The translations under genes were made by a program, and so were the position numbers. Shown here in pieces: positions 9,638-19,131 of a stretch of DNA of 59,895 nucleotides. The DNA lies in NCBI GenBank assembly GCA_040879165.1, contig JBBDKV010000028.1, forward strand, positions 1-59,895. Direction: 5' to 3'. The notes beneath the pieces were generated by a model. The model saw nothing but the letters and a program-made list of their open reading frames with translations. It was not told where the DNA came from and did not search any database. The stretch comes from Patescibacteria group bacterium. Its GTDB lineage: Bacteria; Patescibacteriota; Microgenomatia; UBA1400; PJMF01. The number at the start of each line of letters is the position of its first letter. The first letter of the stretch is position 1.

Positions 9638-10702
9638 ATGTCACAGCACAAAGTCTTAATTATTGGAGCAGGTCCGGCTGCATATACGGCTGCGCTTTAC
9701 ACAGGTCGAGCACAATTGGCACCCCTGATTATGGCTGGCCCCAAAGCTGGCGGACAGTTAATGTGGACGACTGATGTGGAGAATTATCCTGGTTTTCCTG
9801 AAGGCATTGAGGGTCCCAAATTAATGATGAGTATGATGAAGCAGGCAGAACGTTTTGGCGCTGAGCTGCGCTATGACTACGTGACCGCGGTTGATTTTAC
9901 TCAGCGGCCATTTCGAGCTTGGACTAACAGTGCGGGAGATAAAACGGCTGAAGAAATAGTGACTGCCAAGCCAGAGGAGTATTCAGAGTTTCGCTCAGAA
10001 ATTATTAAAGCTGAGCCTGCTTTGACAGCAGACAGCGTTATTCTTGCTACGGGCGCGACTTCCATTATGGTCGGTGTGCCTGGTGAACAGGAGTTGATGG
10101 GCAAAGGAGTGAGTACTTGCGCAGTTTGTGATGCGGCATTTTTCAAAGAAAAAGAAACCTTTGTAATTGGCGGTGGAGATAGTGCTATGGAAGAGGCCTT
10201 GGCTCTGACCAAATTTGCCAAAAGCGTGACCATTATTCATCGACGTGATGAGTTCAGGGCTAGCAAAATTATGCAGGATCGCGTTTTGAAGCATGAAAAA
10301 GTCAAGGTACTCTGGAATACTGAACTGAAAGAAGTGCGCGGTGAAACAGGGGTGACAGAAATTGTGATTGATGAAGCAGGAACAGAGAAAGTCCTGCCAG
10401 CTGAAGGGGTATTTATTGCCATTGGTCATCGACCATCTACGGGAATTTTGCGCGATCAAGTGGCGCTTGACGATCATGGATACGTGGTAACTCGACAGAG
10501 TGCCACTGCTGCAGGAGTAGAGGCAGCGCAAGCTGCACTGGGCGAAGAAGGAAAAGTAGCTTTTCCGAGCATGACTTCAGTCGAGGGTGTCTTTGCTGGT
10601 GGCGACAATGTTGATATTCGATACAAACAGGCAGTGACAGCTGCGGGTCAAGGCTGCAGTGCTGCGCTTGATGTTGAGCGATGGTTGGAATCTCAAGAGT
10701 AA
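9638..10702 (+). CDS. trxB: Thioredoxin-disulfide reductase
   Basis: GAGPAAYTAA, GGQL..TTDVENYPGF, CAVCD redox motif, GGGDSAMEEA, HRRDEFRAS and VFAGGD. Two extra insertions relative to typical TrxB. Confidence 0.96.
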   Translation: MSQHKVLIIGAGPAAYTAALYTGRAQLAPLIMAGPKAGGQLMWTTDVENYPGFPEGIEGPKLMMSMMKQAERFGAELRYDYVTAVDFTQRPFRAWTNSAGDKTAEEIVTAKPEEYSEFRSEIIKAEPALTADSVILATGATSIMVGVPGEQELMGKGVSTCAVCDAAFFKEKETFVIGGGDSAMEEALALTKFAKSVTIIHRRDEFRASKIMQDRVLKHEKVKVLWNTELKEVRGETGVTEIVIDEAGTEKVLPAEGVFIAIGHRPSTGILRDQVALDDHGYVVTRQSATAAGVEAAQAALGEEGKVAFPSMTSVEGVFAGGDNVDIRYKQAVTAAGQGCSAALDVERWLESQE

Positions 10703-10761
10703 CAGTCTATATATGAGTCTGTAGTATATCTGTATTAGTGTAGTCAATTTCAGAAAGAGAT

Positions 10762-12069
10762 ATGTCTCAAAATCCACTTACTGATGCCCGAGCTCAATTA
10801 GACCAAGTAGCTGAGGTGCTGGAGAATGAATACGATGATAATCGCGCAGCCTTCCAGGCTGCGCTCAAAAATCTTCACAAACCACAGCATTTGCACGAGG
10901 GTAATCTGGAAATTACCATGGATTCAGGAAAAAAACAGACATTTCGAGCCTACCGTTCCCAACATTGCAATGCTCTTGGTCCATACAAAGGTGGCATTCG
11001 TTTTCATCCTGATGTCAGTCGTGAGGAAGTGCTGGCACTCTCGATGTGGATGACCTGGAAATGCGGTGTGGTTGGCATTCCCTATGGCGGTGGCAAGGGT
11101 GGTGTGATTGTTAATCCTCAAGAATTGAGCGCTACAGAGCTTGAGGCGCTGAGTCGAGCGTATGTCCAGTTCCTTGGTGAAGCGGTTGGACCATGGCGGG
11201 ATATTCCTGCCCCAGATGTCAATACCACCCCGGAAATTATGGCCTGGATGGCAGATGAGTGGCAGCACTTGCACGGTTCGCCAAGCGTTAATCCTCTGGC
11301 TAGTTTTACTGGCAAGCCGCTAGAGCTTGGTGGTTCGGAGGGGCGTAATGAGGCAACTGGTCTTGGGGGCGTCTATGTGCTTCAGCAGCTGGCACAACAA
11401 ATGGCATGGAAGCGACCACAAGATGTGACGATCGCAATTCAAGGCTTTGGGAACGTCGGATATTGGTTTGCCTATCACGCTGATCAGCTCGGCTACCGAG
11501 TGGTGGCTGTATCAGATTCCAAGCAGGCAGTATATGTACCTGGTGGGCTCAATCCGGAGAAAACCTTTGCATGCAAAAAAGAAACGGGTACTTTGAGCGA
11601 GTGCCGTTGCACTGACCACAGTTGTAGCGTTGAGCATGGGGAAATTTTGACGAATGAGCAGTTGTTGGAGCTGGACGTTGATGTGCTCGTACCAGCGGCG
11701 CTTGAGAACGTGATTACTACGGAAAATGCTCAGCAAATTAAGGCAAAAGTGGTCATTGAGATGGCAAATGGACCAGTTTCACCAGAGGCAGAGAAAATGC
11801 TGCATGAGCGAGAAATTCTAATTGTTCCTGATGTGCTCGCAAACGCTGGCGGTGTATCTACTTCATACTTTGAGTGGATTCAAAACCTGAGTGGGCAAGT
11901 CTGGAGTCGTGATGAGGTCTTGGCAAAGCTGGAACCATTGATGATTCGCGCCTTTGATGCTGTTTGGAAAAGACAGCAAGTCCTGGAAGGCAAAACGATG
12001 CGTGTGGCGGCGTACTCATTAGCAGTTAAGCGAGTGATTGATGCCATGTTGTTGCGAGGCGGGATCTGA
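10762..12069 (+). CDS. gdhA: Glu/Leu/Phe/Val (glutamate) dehydrogenase
   Basis: GPYKGGIRF, PYGGGKGG, DIPAPDV, QGFGNVG, EMANGP, PDVLANAGGV and YFEWIQN. Confidence 0.92.
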   Translation: MSQNPLTDARAQLDQVAEVLENEYDDNRAAFQAALKNLHKPQHLHEGNLEITMDSGKKQTFRAYRSQHCNALGPYKGGIRFHPDVSREEVLALSMWMTWKCGVVGIPYGGGKGGVIVNPQELSATELEALSRAYVQFLGEAVGPWRDIPAPDVNTTPEIMAWMADEWQHLHGSPSVNPLASFTGKPLELGGSEGRNEATGLGGVYVLQQLAQQMAWKRPQDVTIAIQGFGNVGYWFAYHADQLGYRVVAVSDSKQAVYVPGGLNPEKTFACKKETGTLSECRCTDHSCSVEHGEILTNEQLLELDVDVLVPAALENVITTENAQQIKAKVVIEMANGPVSPEAEKMLHEREILIVPDVLANAGGVSTSYFEWIQNLSGQVWSRDEVLAKLEPLMIRAFDAVWKRQQVLEGKTMRVAAYSLAVKRVIDAMLLRGGI

Positions 12070-12249
12070 TTGTGAAAGATGTGTAGGCGCGAAAATTGCC
12101 CTTTATTTTGTGAAAAATCTGAGGTATAGTACCCTACTTAATAGACAAACTCAGTGTATAATTATAGCGAAAGCTGTACATGAAAGTGACGGCTCTCTGT
12201 TTATTTCTTGCCTTGTAGAGTATAATAACAGCCTATCCAACATTCCATT

Positions 12250-13344
12250 ATGAAGAAAGTTTCTCAAACCTTTAAAGATGACATTGCAGCCCTAGTTAAG
12301 AAAGGCGAGCAACAAGGTCACGTTACCCAAGATGATATTTTACAGCTTTTTGTAGAGCCTGAAGAGTATGTCGTTGAATTAGATGATTTTTATGATCAGT
12401 TGATTCGCAAGAATATTGACGTATTCGAGTCCGTGTCTGAGGAAAGCAGTGATGAAGAAGAGGTTGACAACCTGACTCAGGAGTTAGAGCTGCTTTCTAC
12501 AATTGGTAATTCTGGTGTTTCTGATCCAGTCCGTATGTACCTCAAGGAAATTGGTCGGATTCCCCTACTCAATCGAGAAGAGGAGATTCGCTTAGCACAA
12601 AAAGTTGAGGCTGGTGACATGAGGGCAAAGAAGAAATTGACCGACGCAAACTTGCGGTTGGTGGTGTCCATTGCCAAAAAATACATTGGCCGAGGCATGA
12701 CTTTCCTGGATCTGATTCAGGAAGGCAACAAAGGCTTGATCCGAGCTGTGGAGAAATTTGACTGGACCAAAGGTTTTAAGTTTTCAACCTACGCTACTTG
12801 GTGGATTCGCCAGGCTATTACTCGCTCAATTGCTGATCAGGCACGCACTATTCGCATTCCTGTCCACATGGTTGAGACGATCAACAAGTTGATGCGTACG
12901 GCTCGTCGCCAGATGCAGGAGCTGGGTCGCGAGCCCACTCCTGAGGAAATTGGTAAAGAGATGGAGATGGATCCCGAGAAAGTGCGCGAAATTCTCAAGA
13001 TTTCTCAAAACACGACGTCTCTTGAGGCGCCTGTCGGCTCAGGTGAGGACGAGAGTGTCCTTGGCGACTTCATCGCTGACGAAAAACAAGTTTCCCCGTA
13101 TGACGCAACCAGTCAGCAGATGCTGCGCGAAAATATTGACGAAGTGCTGTCTGCGCTGTCTGACCGTGAGGCGAAAGTGCTGCGGATGCGCTTTGGGCTT
13201 GCTGGCAATAAGATGATGACGCTCGAAGAAGTAGGGCGCAAGTTTGGCGTCACCCGCGAGCGCATCCGCCAGATAGAAGCCAAGGCGTTGCGCAAGCTCA
13301 AGCACCCCAGTCGCCGGAAGAAACTGCAGGATTTTTTGGAGTAG
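12250..13344 (+). CDS. rpoD: Primary RNA polymerase sigma factor (short, no large non-conserved region)
   Basis: [60 protein letters not shown]. Confidence 0.97.
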   Translation: MKKVSQTFKDDIAALVKKGEQQGHVTQDDILQLFVEPEEYVVELDDFYDQLIRKNIDVFESVSEESSDEEEVDNLTQELELLSTIGNSGVSDPVRMYLKEIGRIPLLNREEEIRLAQKVEAGDMRAKKKLTDANLRLVVSIAKKYIGRGMTFLDLIQEGNKGLIRAVEKFDWTKGFKFSTYATWWIRQAITRSIADQARTIRIPVHMVETINKLMRTARRQMQELGREPTPEEIGKEMEMDPEKVREILKISQNTTSLEAPVGSGEDESVLGDFIADEKQVSPYDATSQQMLRENIDEVLSALSDREAKVLRMRFGLAGNKMMTLEEVGRKFGVTRERIRQIEAKALRKLKHPSRRKKLQDFLE

Positions 13345-13540
13345 TGAGCCTGGTATCAAGTTTTCTTTATTATTGTGAATAGTTCAGTCTTGAAAAGATT
13401 TCTCATGTTACCATTTGGTGCGGAATTTTATGAGTCATGGATGGAATTGGATCCAGTCCTGGAGTGAGGAATTTGAGCGTGCCCTGCAGAGATTGTAACC
13501 TTGTGGGCTTGGTGGTAGAATTACCACGTTCTTTAATAGT

Positions 13541-13917
13541 TCCCCTGTAGCTCAATGGCAGAGCATCCGGCTGTAAAGATTGCAGCTTCCACCGGAAACG
13601 GTGAAATGATAATTGGGTGAATTGTCCCGCCTGACGGGATCTTCGCGTATTGCGAGGACGGGAAGCCTACGTCCACTTTGGTGGATATGGTGATCCGCAG
13701 CCAAGCTTTCTCATCAGTAACGGAGAGAAGGAAGGTTCAGAGACTAGGTGGTTACACCAACTGAGTTTGTCGGTAATTAATCAACGAACGCAGTAGCGCC
13801 CGACGCCTTCATTTGTTGCAAATGTAACAAAAAAGGTGATGAGATAGTCCATGCCTTATAGAAATATAAGGAGTTCGTGTAACCGGAGGGTTGTAGGTTC
13901 GAATCCTACCGGGGGAG
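13541..13917 (+). tRNA. trnN: tRNA-Asn(GUU) split by a group I intron; exons 13541-13574 and 13880-13917; CCA not encoded (CCT follows)
   Basis: Joining the exons gives TCCCCTG TA GCTC AATGGCA GAGC A TCCGG CTGT|TAA CCGGA GGGTT GTAGG TTCGAAT CCTAC CGGGGGA G. All four stems pair and the anticodon is GTT. Confidence 0.95.
13575..13879 (+). ncRNA. Group I intron (305 nt, no ORF) inserted between anticodon positions 35 and 36
   Basis: P1: exon GCUGU pairs with GCAGC with the U.G wobble at the splice site. P3 UUGGGUG/CGCCCGA. Q element AUCCGCAGC, R element UUCAGAGACUAG, S element GAGAUAGUCC. P9 CCUUAUA-GAAA-UAUAAGG. Terminal omega-G at 13879. Confidence 0.93.
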
Positions 13918-14042
13918 CCTCTACTATCCCTTAATACTTTTTCACAAGTTAAATCTGAATATAGTTTGCTAAAAAACTAAACCCTACTCATTCTAAATAT
14001 TCGCTATAATATTTCTTGAAGAAAGAATGATAGGATTTTTCA

Positions 14043-17000
14043 ATGGGAAAAGATATCGCTCATCCTGAGGTTCGGGAGCACTCACTTAAAGAATTGGTCT
14101 CTAAACAAGCGCATGAGTATAGTGCTCGCGAGCGTAGAATCTTGCAGCTCAATTATCCTGAAATAAAAAATGTTCCCTTAGAGGAGTTAGCTAACGAACT
14201 ATCGGTAGGCGGAAGACAACTGTCGGTTTATGAGCTCGTACTTTTGCATGAAAACTTTCCTAAAAAAAGTTTGCAAGAGGTGCTTAACTTCTTAACTGAT
14301 GAAGAAAGCATCATCGAGTACATTCATGATATGGTCAATGCGACCAAAGATGCTAAACAAAAATTTTGGCAACTTTTTGCAGTTCTTCCACTCTCAGAGA
14401 AAATTCAAAGACATATTTTTTCAGTCATGACTGAAAAATCACAAATTATTCCTGAAATAGTGCAAGCCAGCCAGCCTGACAATGAGGAGGCAATAATTCA
14501 ATGGACTCCAAGTAAGGTTATGTTGCCCATCGCAGAATTACCTCATGTTGAAACGTATGTGGCATCTGCTGTTGACCGCTCTTACTTCGAAATTCCCAGA
14601 GCTACAATTCGTATGATCTACACCGATCAGGATGGCAAGAAAACAGAGACATCGCTGTCTCTCTCTCATGAGGAAACTGCAGCAGCACTTTCATTTTGTA
14701 GAAGGAGAATTAAGTATATTCAGCATCAACGACATCGACTTTTTGGTGCTTATCGAAGAGAGCGGCGTTTATCTCAGTCAGATCAGGTGAGTTATCAAGA
14801 ACTCAAAATTCATTACTTTAAGAAGTATACTGAAAAATGGCTAAAGCGCTTTCTCGCTGAAAATAATTTTGACCAGCAAAAACTATTGACTGATGAAAGT
14901 AATATCGAACTTGAGTTGCGTTTCAGCCAAAATAAAAAAGGCTTGTCACAGAAAGTCGGCAATTTAGTTCGCTCTCCAGAGGAGTTAATTGCTTATTTTG
15001 AAAGTAAAGTCCAAGAAAAAGATGCTTCAAAGGTCAATGAACCAACCATGATACCTCTGTCATCATTCGATGAAGTGTTGGATCCACAAGCTTTTTCTTG
15101 GACTCGTTTAGCAGATCAAGCAGAAGACACGTCATTTAATCAATCAAGGCATCATCAGCGCTCAACAGAGCATCAATATAATGAGCTGCAACGAGCGCAT
15201 TTGGAAATAGCCAACGCCACAAAAAGTGGAGATTGGTCCAGGGCTGTTGACATATATATCAGCTATCTTGAATATTGGCCGCAATATATTGAGCACCGAT
15301 TGGGTGTAATGGATATTTATAACAGATACCAGGCTGGAGAAATTGCAACAATGCCGGAAAGAATAGCTTCTATTGCTTCAGGTCCTCACGAGGAGTTGCG
15401 TGCTCAGGCAGCAATTTCCAAAAAGCTTGGTTATAAAATGCCAGAAATTGTCAGCGTAGATAATGAACCACGGATGTTGGAGGCAAGTAGGGCTCAACTT
15501 CCGGAAGAACTAAGGGGTGAGGGGACTGATGTAATTGCTGATATGAGAGATATACCAGCAATGGGTTCATTTGATATAGTTGAGTGCTCATCTTTTGATA
15601 ATCTTAAAAGTGATAGTGAAGTAGTCGCGATGTTGGTGCAAATGATAGCTATGGTGAAGCAAGGGGGATTGTTACGATTTATGGTGCAACCTCCTTTTTC
15701 AGAACAATTGTGCTCTATCTTAGAGCAGCATGGGGTACATATTCTTGAAAAAAATTCTGTATTGCAATTCAATGATGAGCTCAGAAAGCAAATTCACTCA
15801 GACATGGGCACTGAAGCACTCAAGAGACTTGAGTATAAGACTAAGCGACATGTGTATTTTCTAGCCCGAGTTGATAGGGAGGTTGATCAGAAATTATTAC
15901 TTACGGCTTTACAGTCAGCATCTGTATATGCTGATACACAACGAAATAATACTCCGACAGTTGAAAACAATATTAGAGAAGAGGCGGAAGACCTTACAAT
16001 AAACCAAATGGTGGCATTAAATCCGATATTTTTCATGGAAAAAAAGGGGTTGACGCAGAAGCATGTTGGATATGCGCTAACTTCAATTAAAGGAAAAATT
16101 GATGCGAGCATAGCAAGGCAATTGTATGCTGTATATTTTGGGGATGCGCGTTTAACCTCCTTCACTGAATTAGTGTTTGATATTGTAAAAGAGGAGTCAT
16201 TGCTTAAGGGCATTTTTTCAATAAATCTATTAACTCATAACCATATGGGAGTACGTGAGGCATTTGAAGAATATCTACTCAATAATCTGTCATATTACAT
16301 TCCGATCTTACTTGATAGCGATATAGACAGTTCGCTTAAGGAAAAAATATTGCAAACAGCGATATTTACAGATACTGAACTAAAAGCGCTTAGTGACTAT
16401 TTCACTGAAAAAATGAATGCTGATACAGATGAGTTGCATCTTGAATCAATTATTAGGCTGCTTCCCGATAACCTTCGATTTCATGTTCCGATACTAATGA
16501 GATATTCAGCTGCCTTAGCACAATACTATTTCCACTTTTCTTTAGAAAGTGTGAAGCCTGAAGTTTTGTCAAAGAATGAAAAGCTGCAAATTCTTCAATT
16601 ACCTTTTTTGAGTATTATTAAAAATGAAAAATTATTTTCTGATTATATTGAAGCGAGTCTAAGTTTGCATGATGAACAGTCCTTACAATTACTTTTGGTC
16701 AGTTTGAATAACTTGGATGAGAAAAAAATAAGCAGTTTGTCAAACACTCATCAAGAGCAATTACAGTCTTTACTGTCTACCTTTCGATCATTACCACTCA
16801 ACCCGTTACAAATTTCAGACTTAGAAAAAAAGATTTCAGGACAACACCTAGTACAAGATCGCAATATAGATAGAATGAATGAAACTTTGGAGACTCAATT
16901 GAGTATTTTATTTGAAGAGTGTATCAATCTAACAGGAAGTGCGAGTCAGAGAAGACCTGAAGTGCAGGAAGAAGTTAACAAACTTATTGGCAGTTTGTCA

Positions 17001-18020
17001 CCAGAACATGGATATGATCGATTGCAAGTACTAGTGGCCATAGAGAGAGTACTTGATCAATCCGCAGTTATTGAACAGTTTCTGAATCATCCAGAGGGAA
17101 TAAAAAATCGAGAGCAAATTATAGAAATGATAATGAACTATGTTTCGAAACTATTAGTTCAAGAACTTACTGTTTACATTTATGATTGGGCTGAAGATGA
17201 AGTAGTAGATTTCATTTTAAGTCAGTACCCCACGTATAAAACTCATATAGAGAGAGTGATGGAAAGTAGGCCAAATTTAATTAATAATGAAAAAATACTT
17301 CTAGCTTTAAATCTTGATATAACATCACATGAAGTTACAAAAATTGACACGAACTTACGAGATTATTTGTTTGAGTTTGCACGAAAAAATTTCAAATTAA
17401 TTGATAATTTGTTATACAAAAATTATTTTGAGATTCATACAATCTATTTCCCGGTTACGAGCAAGAAGTTGCTGTATGAGTTCGATTACGAGTTCGATGA
17501 TTCCCAATGGATTGACGGATCTAGTGTGTTACAAGCATTTAAGAATAAAATTAAAAAAACACCGGAGATTTGGTATTTCAAGGATATATATAGAATGGTT
17601 GGAAAATCTTTGATATTAACTACTAAACCTATATTAAATGATTTTTTGAAGGAGGTGCCTGAAGAACATAAGAAAATCATTTTTTCGTATTATATCGAGC
17701 AAATGCTCCCTCGCTATCAAGAGAACTGGACTGAGAAAATGCCAGATCTATTTTTCTCAAACCTGAACGAAGAAATTGAATTTCTTGCATCACATGGATT
17801 GGGTATTTTACCAATCAGCACCAAAGCGAAAAGAAAACGTATTGAAGTAATTGGAGTTGGGTATGAAGTGCTTATTCAAATGTTTGATGGTATTGAGAAT
17901 CGGATAATCGGCACTGTTTTTGTTCCTGCTAAAGAGGAGTTGGTCAAAAAGCCAACTGGAGTACGGCTTATTGCGAATAAAAATTACTATCAAGTACTAG
18001 GAGAATTTGCTTTTGACTGA
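14043..18020 (+). CDS. 1325-aa hypothetical protein with an internal class I SAM-methyltransferase-like domain
   Basis: Long AT-rich ORF. Around 15360-15690 the motifs SIASGP, VSVDNEPRML, IADMRDIP, FDIVEC and VKQGGLL follow Rossmann MTase order. The rest is unrecognised and helical. Confidence 0.75.
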   Translation: MGKDIAHPEVREHSLKELVSKQAHEYSARERRILQLNYPEIKNVPLEELANELSVGGRQLSVYELVLLHENFPKKSLQEVLNFLTDEESIIEYIHDMVNATKDAKQKFWQLFAVLPLSEKIQRHIFSVMTEKSQIIPEIVQASQPDNEEAIIQWTPSKVMLPIAELPHVETYVASAVDRSYFEIPRATIRMIYTDQDGKKTETSLSLSHEETAAALSFCRRRIKYIQHQRHRLFGAYRRERRLSQSDQVSYQELKIHYFKKYTEKWLKRFLAENNFDQQKLLTDESNIELELRFSQNKKGLSQKVGNLVRSPEELIAYFESKVQEKDASKVNEPTMIPLSSFDEVLDPQAFSWTRLADQAEDTSFNQSRHHQRSTEHQYNELQRAHLEIANATKSGDWSRAVDIYISYLEYWPQYIEHRLGVMDIYNRYQAGEIATMPERIASIASGPHEELRAQAAISKKLGYKMPEIVSVDNEPRMLEASRAQLPEELRGEGTDVIADMRDIPAMGSFDIVECSSFDNLKSDSEVVAMLVQMIAMVKQGGLLRFMVQPPFSEQLCSILEQHGVHILEKNSVLQFNDELRKQIHSDMGTEALKRLEYKTKRHVYFLARVDREVDQKLLLTALQSASVYADTQRNNTPTVENNIREEAEDLTINQMVALNPIFFMEKKGLTQKHVGYALTSIKGKIDASIARQLYAVYFGDARLTSFTELVFDIVKEESLLKGIFSINLLTHNHMGVREAFEEYLLNNLSYYIPILLDSDIDSSLKEKILQTAIFTDTELKALSDYFTEKMNADTDELHLESIIRLLPDNLRFHVPILMRYSAALAQYYFHFSLESVKPEVLSKNEKLQILQLPFLSIIKNEKLFSDYIEASLSLHDEQSLQLLLVSLNNLDEKKISSLSNTHQEQLQSLLSTFRSLPLNPLQISDLEKKISGQHLVQDRNIDRMNETLETQLSILFEECINLTGSASQRRPEVQEEVNKLIGSLSPEHGYDRLQVLVAIERVLDQSAVIEQFLNHPEGIKNREQIIEMIMNYVSKLLVQELTVYIYDWAEDEVVDFILSQYPTYKTHIERVMESRPNLINNEKILLALNLDITSHEVTKIDTNLRDYLFEFARKNFKLIDNLLYKNYFEIHTIYFPVTSKKLLYEFDYEFDDSQWIDGSSVLQAFKNKIKKTPEIWYFKDIYRMVGKSLILTTKPILNDFLKEVPEEHKKIIFSYYIEQMLPRYQENWTEKMPDLFFSNLNEEIEFLASHGLGILPISTKAKRKRIEVIGVGYEVLIQMFDGIENRIIGTVFVPAKEELVKKPTGVRLIANKNYYQVLGEFAFD

Positions 18021-18256
18021 TAGGAATTGCTTTCCTACTGTTGGAATAATACACAAACATCATACTCATGAGAATCAATATTCTGTAGGTCTAAATTACA
18101 ACTATTGACCAATCCTTTTTCAGTTATATGCCCCCAGTACGATGACTCGAACAGCAGTCATCCCTCACCTTTTTTGTCAGCATCATAAAAAGATATAATT
18201 CAGTAGCATCCGCTAGTCTAAAACTAACTTCTCTCACCCTCTGATATACTTACCTC

Positions 18257-19075
18257 ATGAGAAATGCACCAAGTATTGACGTAATTAAAGCTTTTGGCGA
18301 AGAAGCGGAACCCGTGTTATTGAGCGGTGGCGAAGGCTTTTCTTACAAAGTAGGCAACATTGTACTAAAACCTGTTCAAGATGTTGAACAAGCAAGCTGG
18401 AACGCCGATGTGTTATCAAGCATAGATGAAGATGGATTTCGGGTACTACGTTCTATTAGATCTATGGGTGGCGAGTGGGTGTACAAAGGCTGGCAGGCAT
18501 TTCAGTATCTAGAGGGAGATGAGAAAAAGGGTAATTGGACTGAAAAGATCGCGGTCTCTCGTCGTTTTCATGAAAAGTTGCGTGGGATTAGTAAGCCCGA
18601 TTTTATTGGCAAGCGAGATATACCTTGGGAGCGAGCTGATCTTGCTGTGTGGTCTGAGCAGCCGATTGAGTTTCATCCAGCAGTTCAGCATATTACAGAT
18701 TCCCTTAGCGCACATATTCAACCAATTGAAGCCAAAGAACAGCTTATCCATGGTGATATGACTGGCAACATTCTCTTTCATCCCACTTTTCCACCAGCAA
18801 TTATTGATTTCTCACCATACTGGCGGTCAGCTGAGTACGCCACTGCCATTATCATCGTTGATTCAATAGTCTGGGAAGGGGCGCCCGACAACCTGCTGCA
18901 GGAGATGGATAATACTACTGAGAATAATCAGCTTCTGATGCGCGCAGCTCTGTGGAGAATGAAAACATCGGAATTATTTTCGAAAAGTCACGACCAGTCT
19001 TTTGTTACAGAAATTAGCAACTATCTGCACTTTATAAAAATGCTAGTACAGCGAGTGGAGAAACAGCAGGCCTGA
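18257..19075 (+). CDS. Aminoglycoside phosphotransferase (APH)-like kinase
   Basis: LSGGEG loop, LIHGDMTGNILF and IIDFSPYW; TATACT-6nt-ATG start. Confidence 0.8.
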   Translation: MRNAPSIDVIKAFGEEAEPVLLSGGEGFSYKVGNIVLKPVQDVEQASWNADVLSSIDEDGFRVLRSIRSMGGEWVYKGWQAFQYLEGDEKKGNWTEKIAVSRRFHEKLRGISKPDFIGKRDIPWERADLAVWSEQPIEFHPAVQHITDSLSAHIQPIEAKEQLIHGDMTGNILFHPTFPPAIIDFSPYWRSAEYATAIIIVDSIVWEGAPDNLLQEMDNTTENNQLLMRAALWRMKTSELFSKSHDQSFVTEISNYLHFIKMLVQRVEKQQA

Positions 19076-19131
19076 GAGCTTTTACTTTGAAGTTGATGAC
19101 ACACCATTCAAGCAATAATGAATAAGAATCT

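Noticed and set aside
12125-12226. Three -10-like hexamers upstream of rpoD (12125, 12157, 12221)
   Set aside because: Plausible tandem promoters, but no convincing -35 elements were found, and multiple rpoD promoters are ordinary.
13575-13879. Homing endonuclease in the intron
   Set aside because: The 305 nt are fully accounted for by ribozyme helices; there is no ORF.
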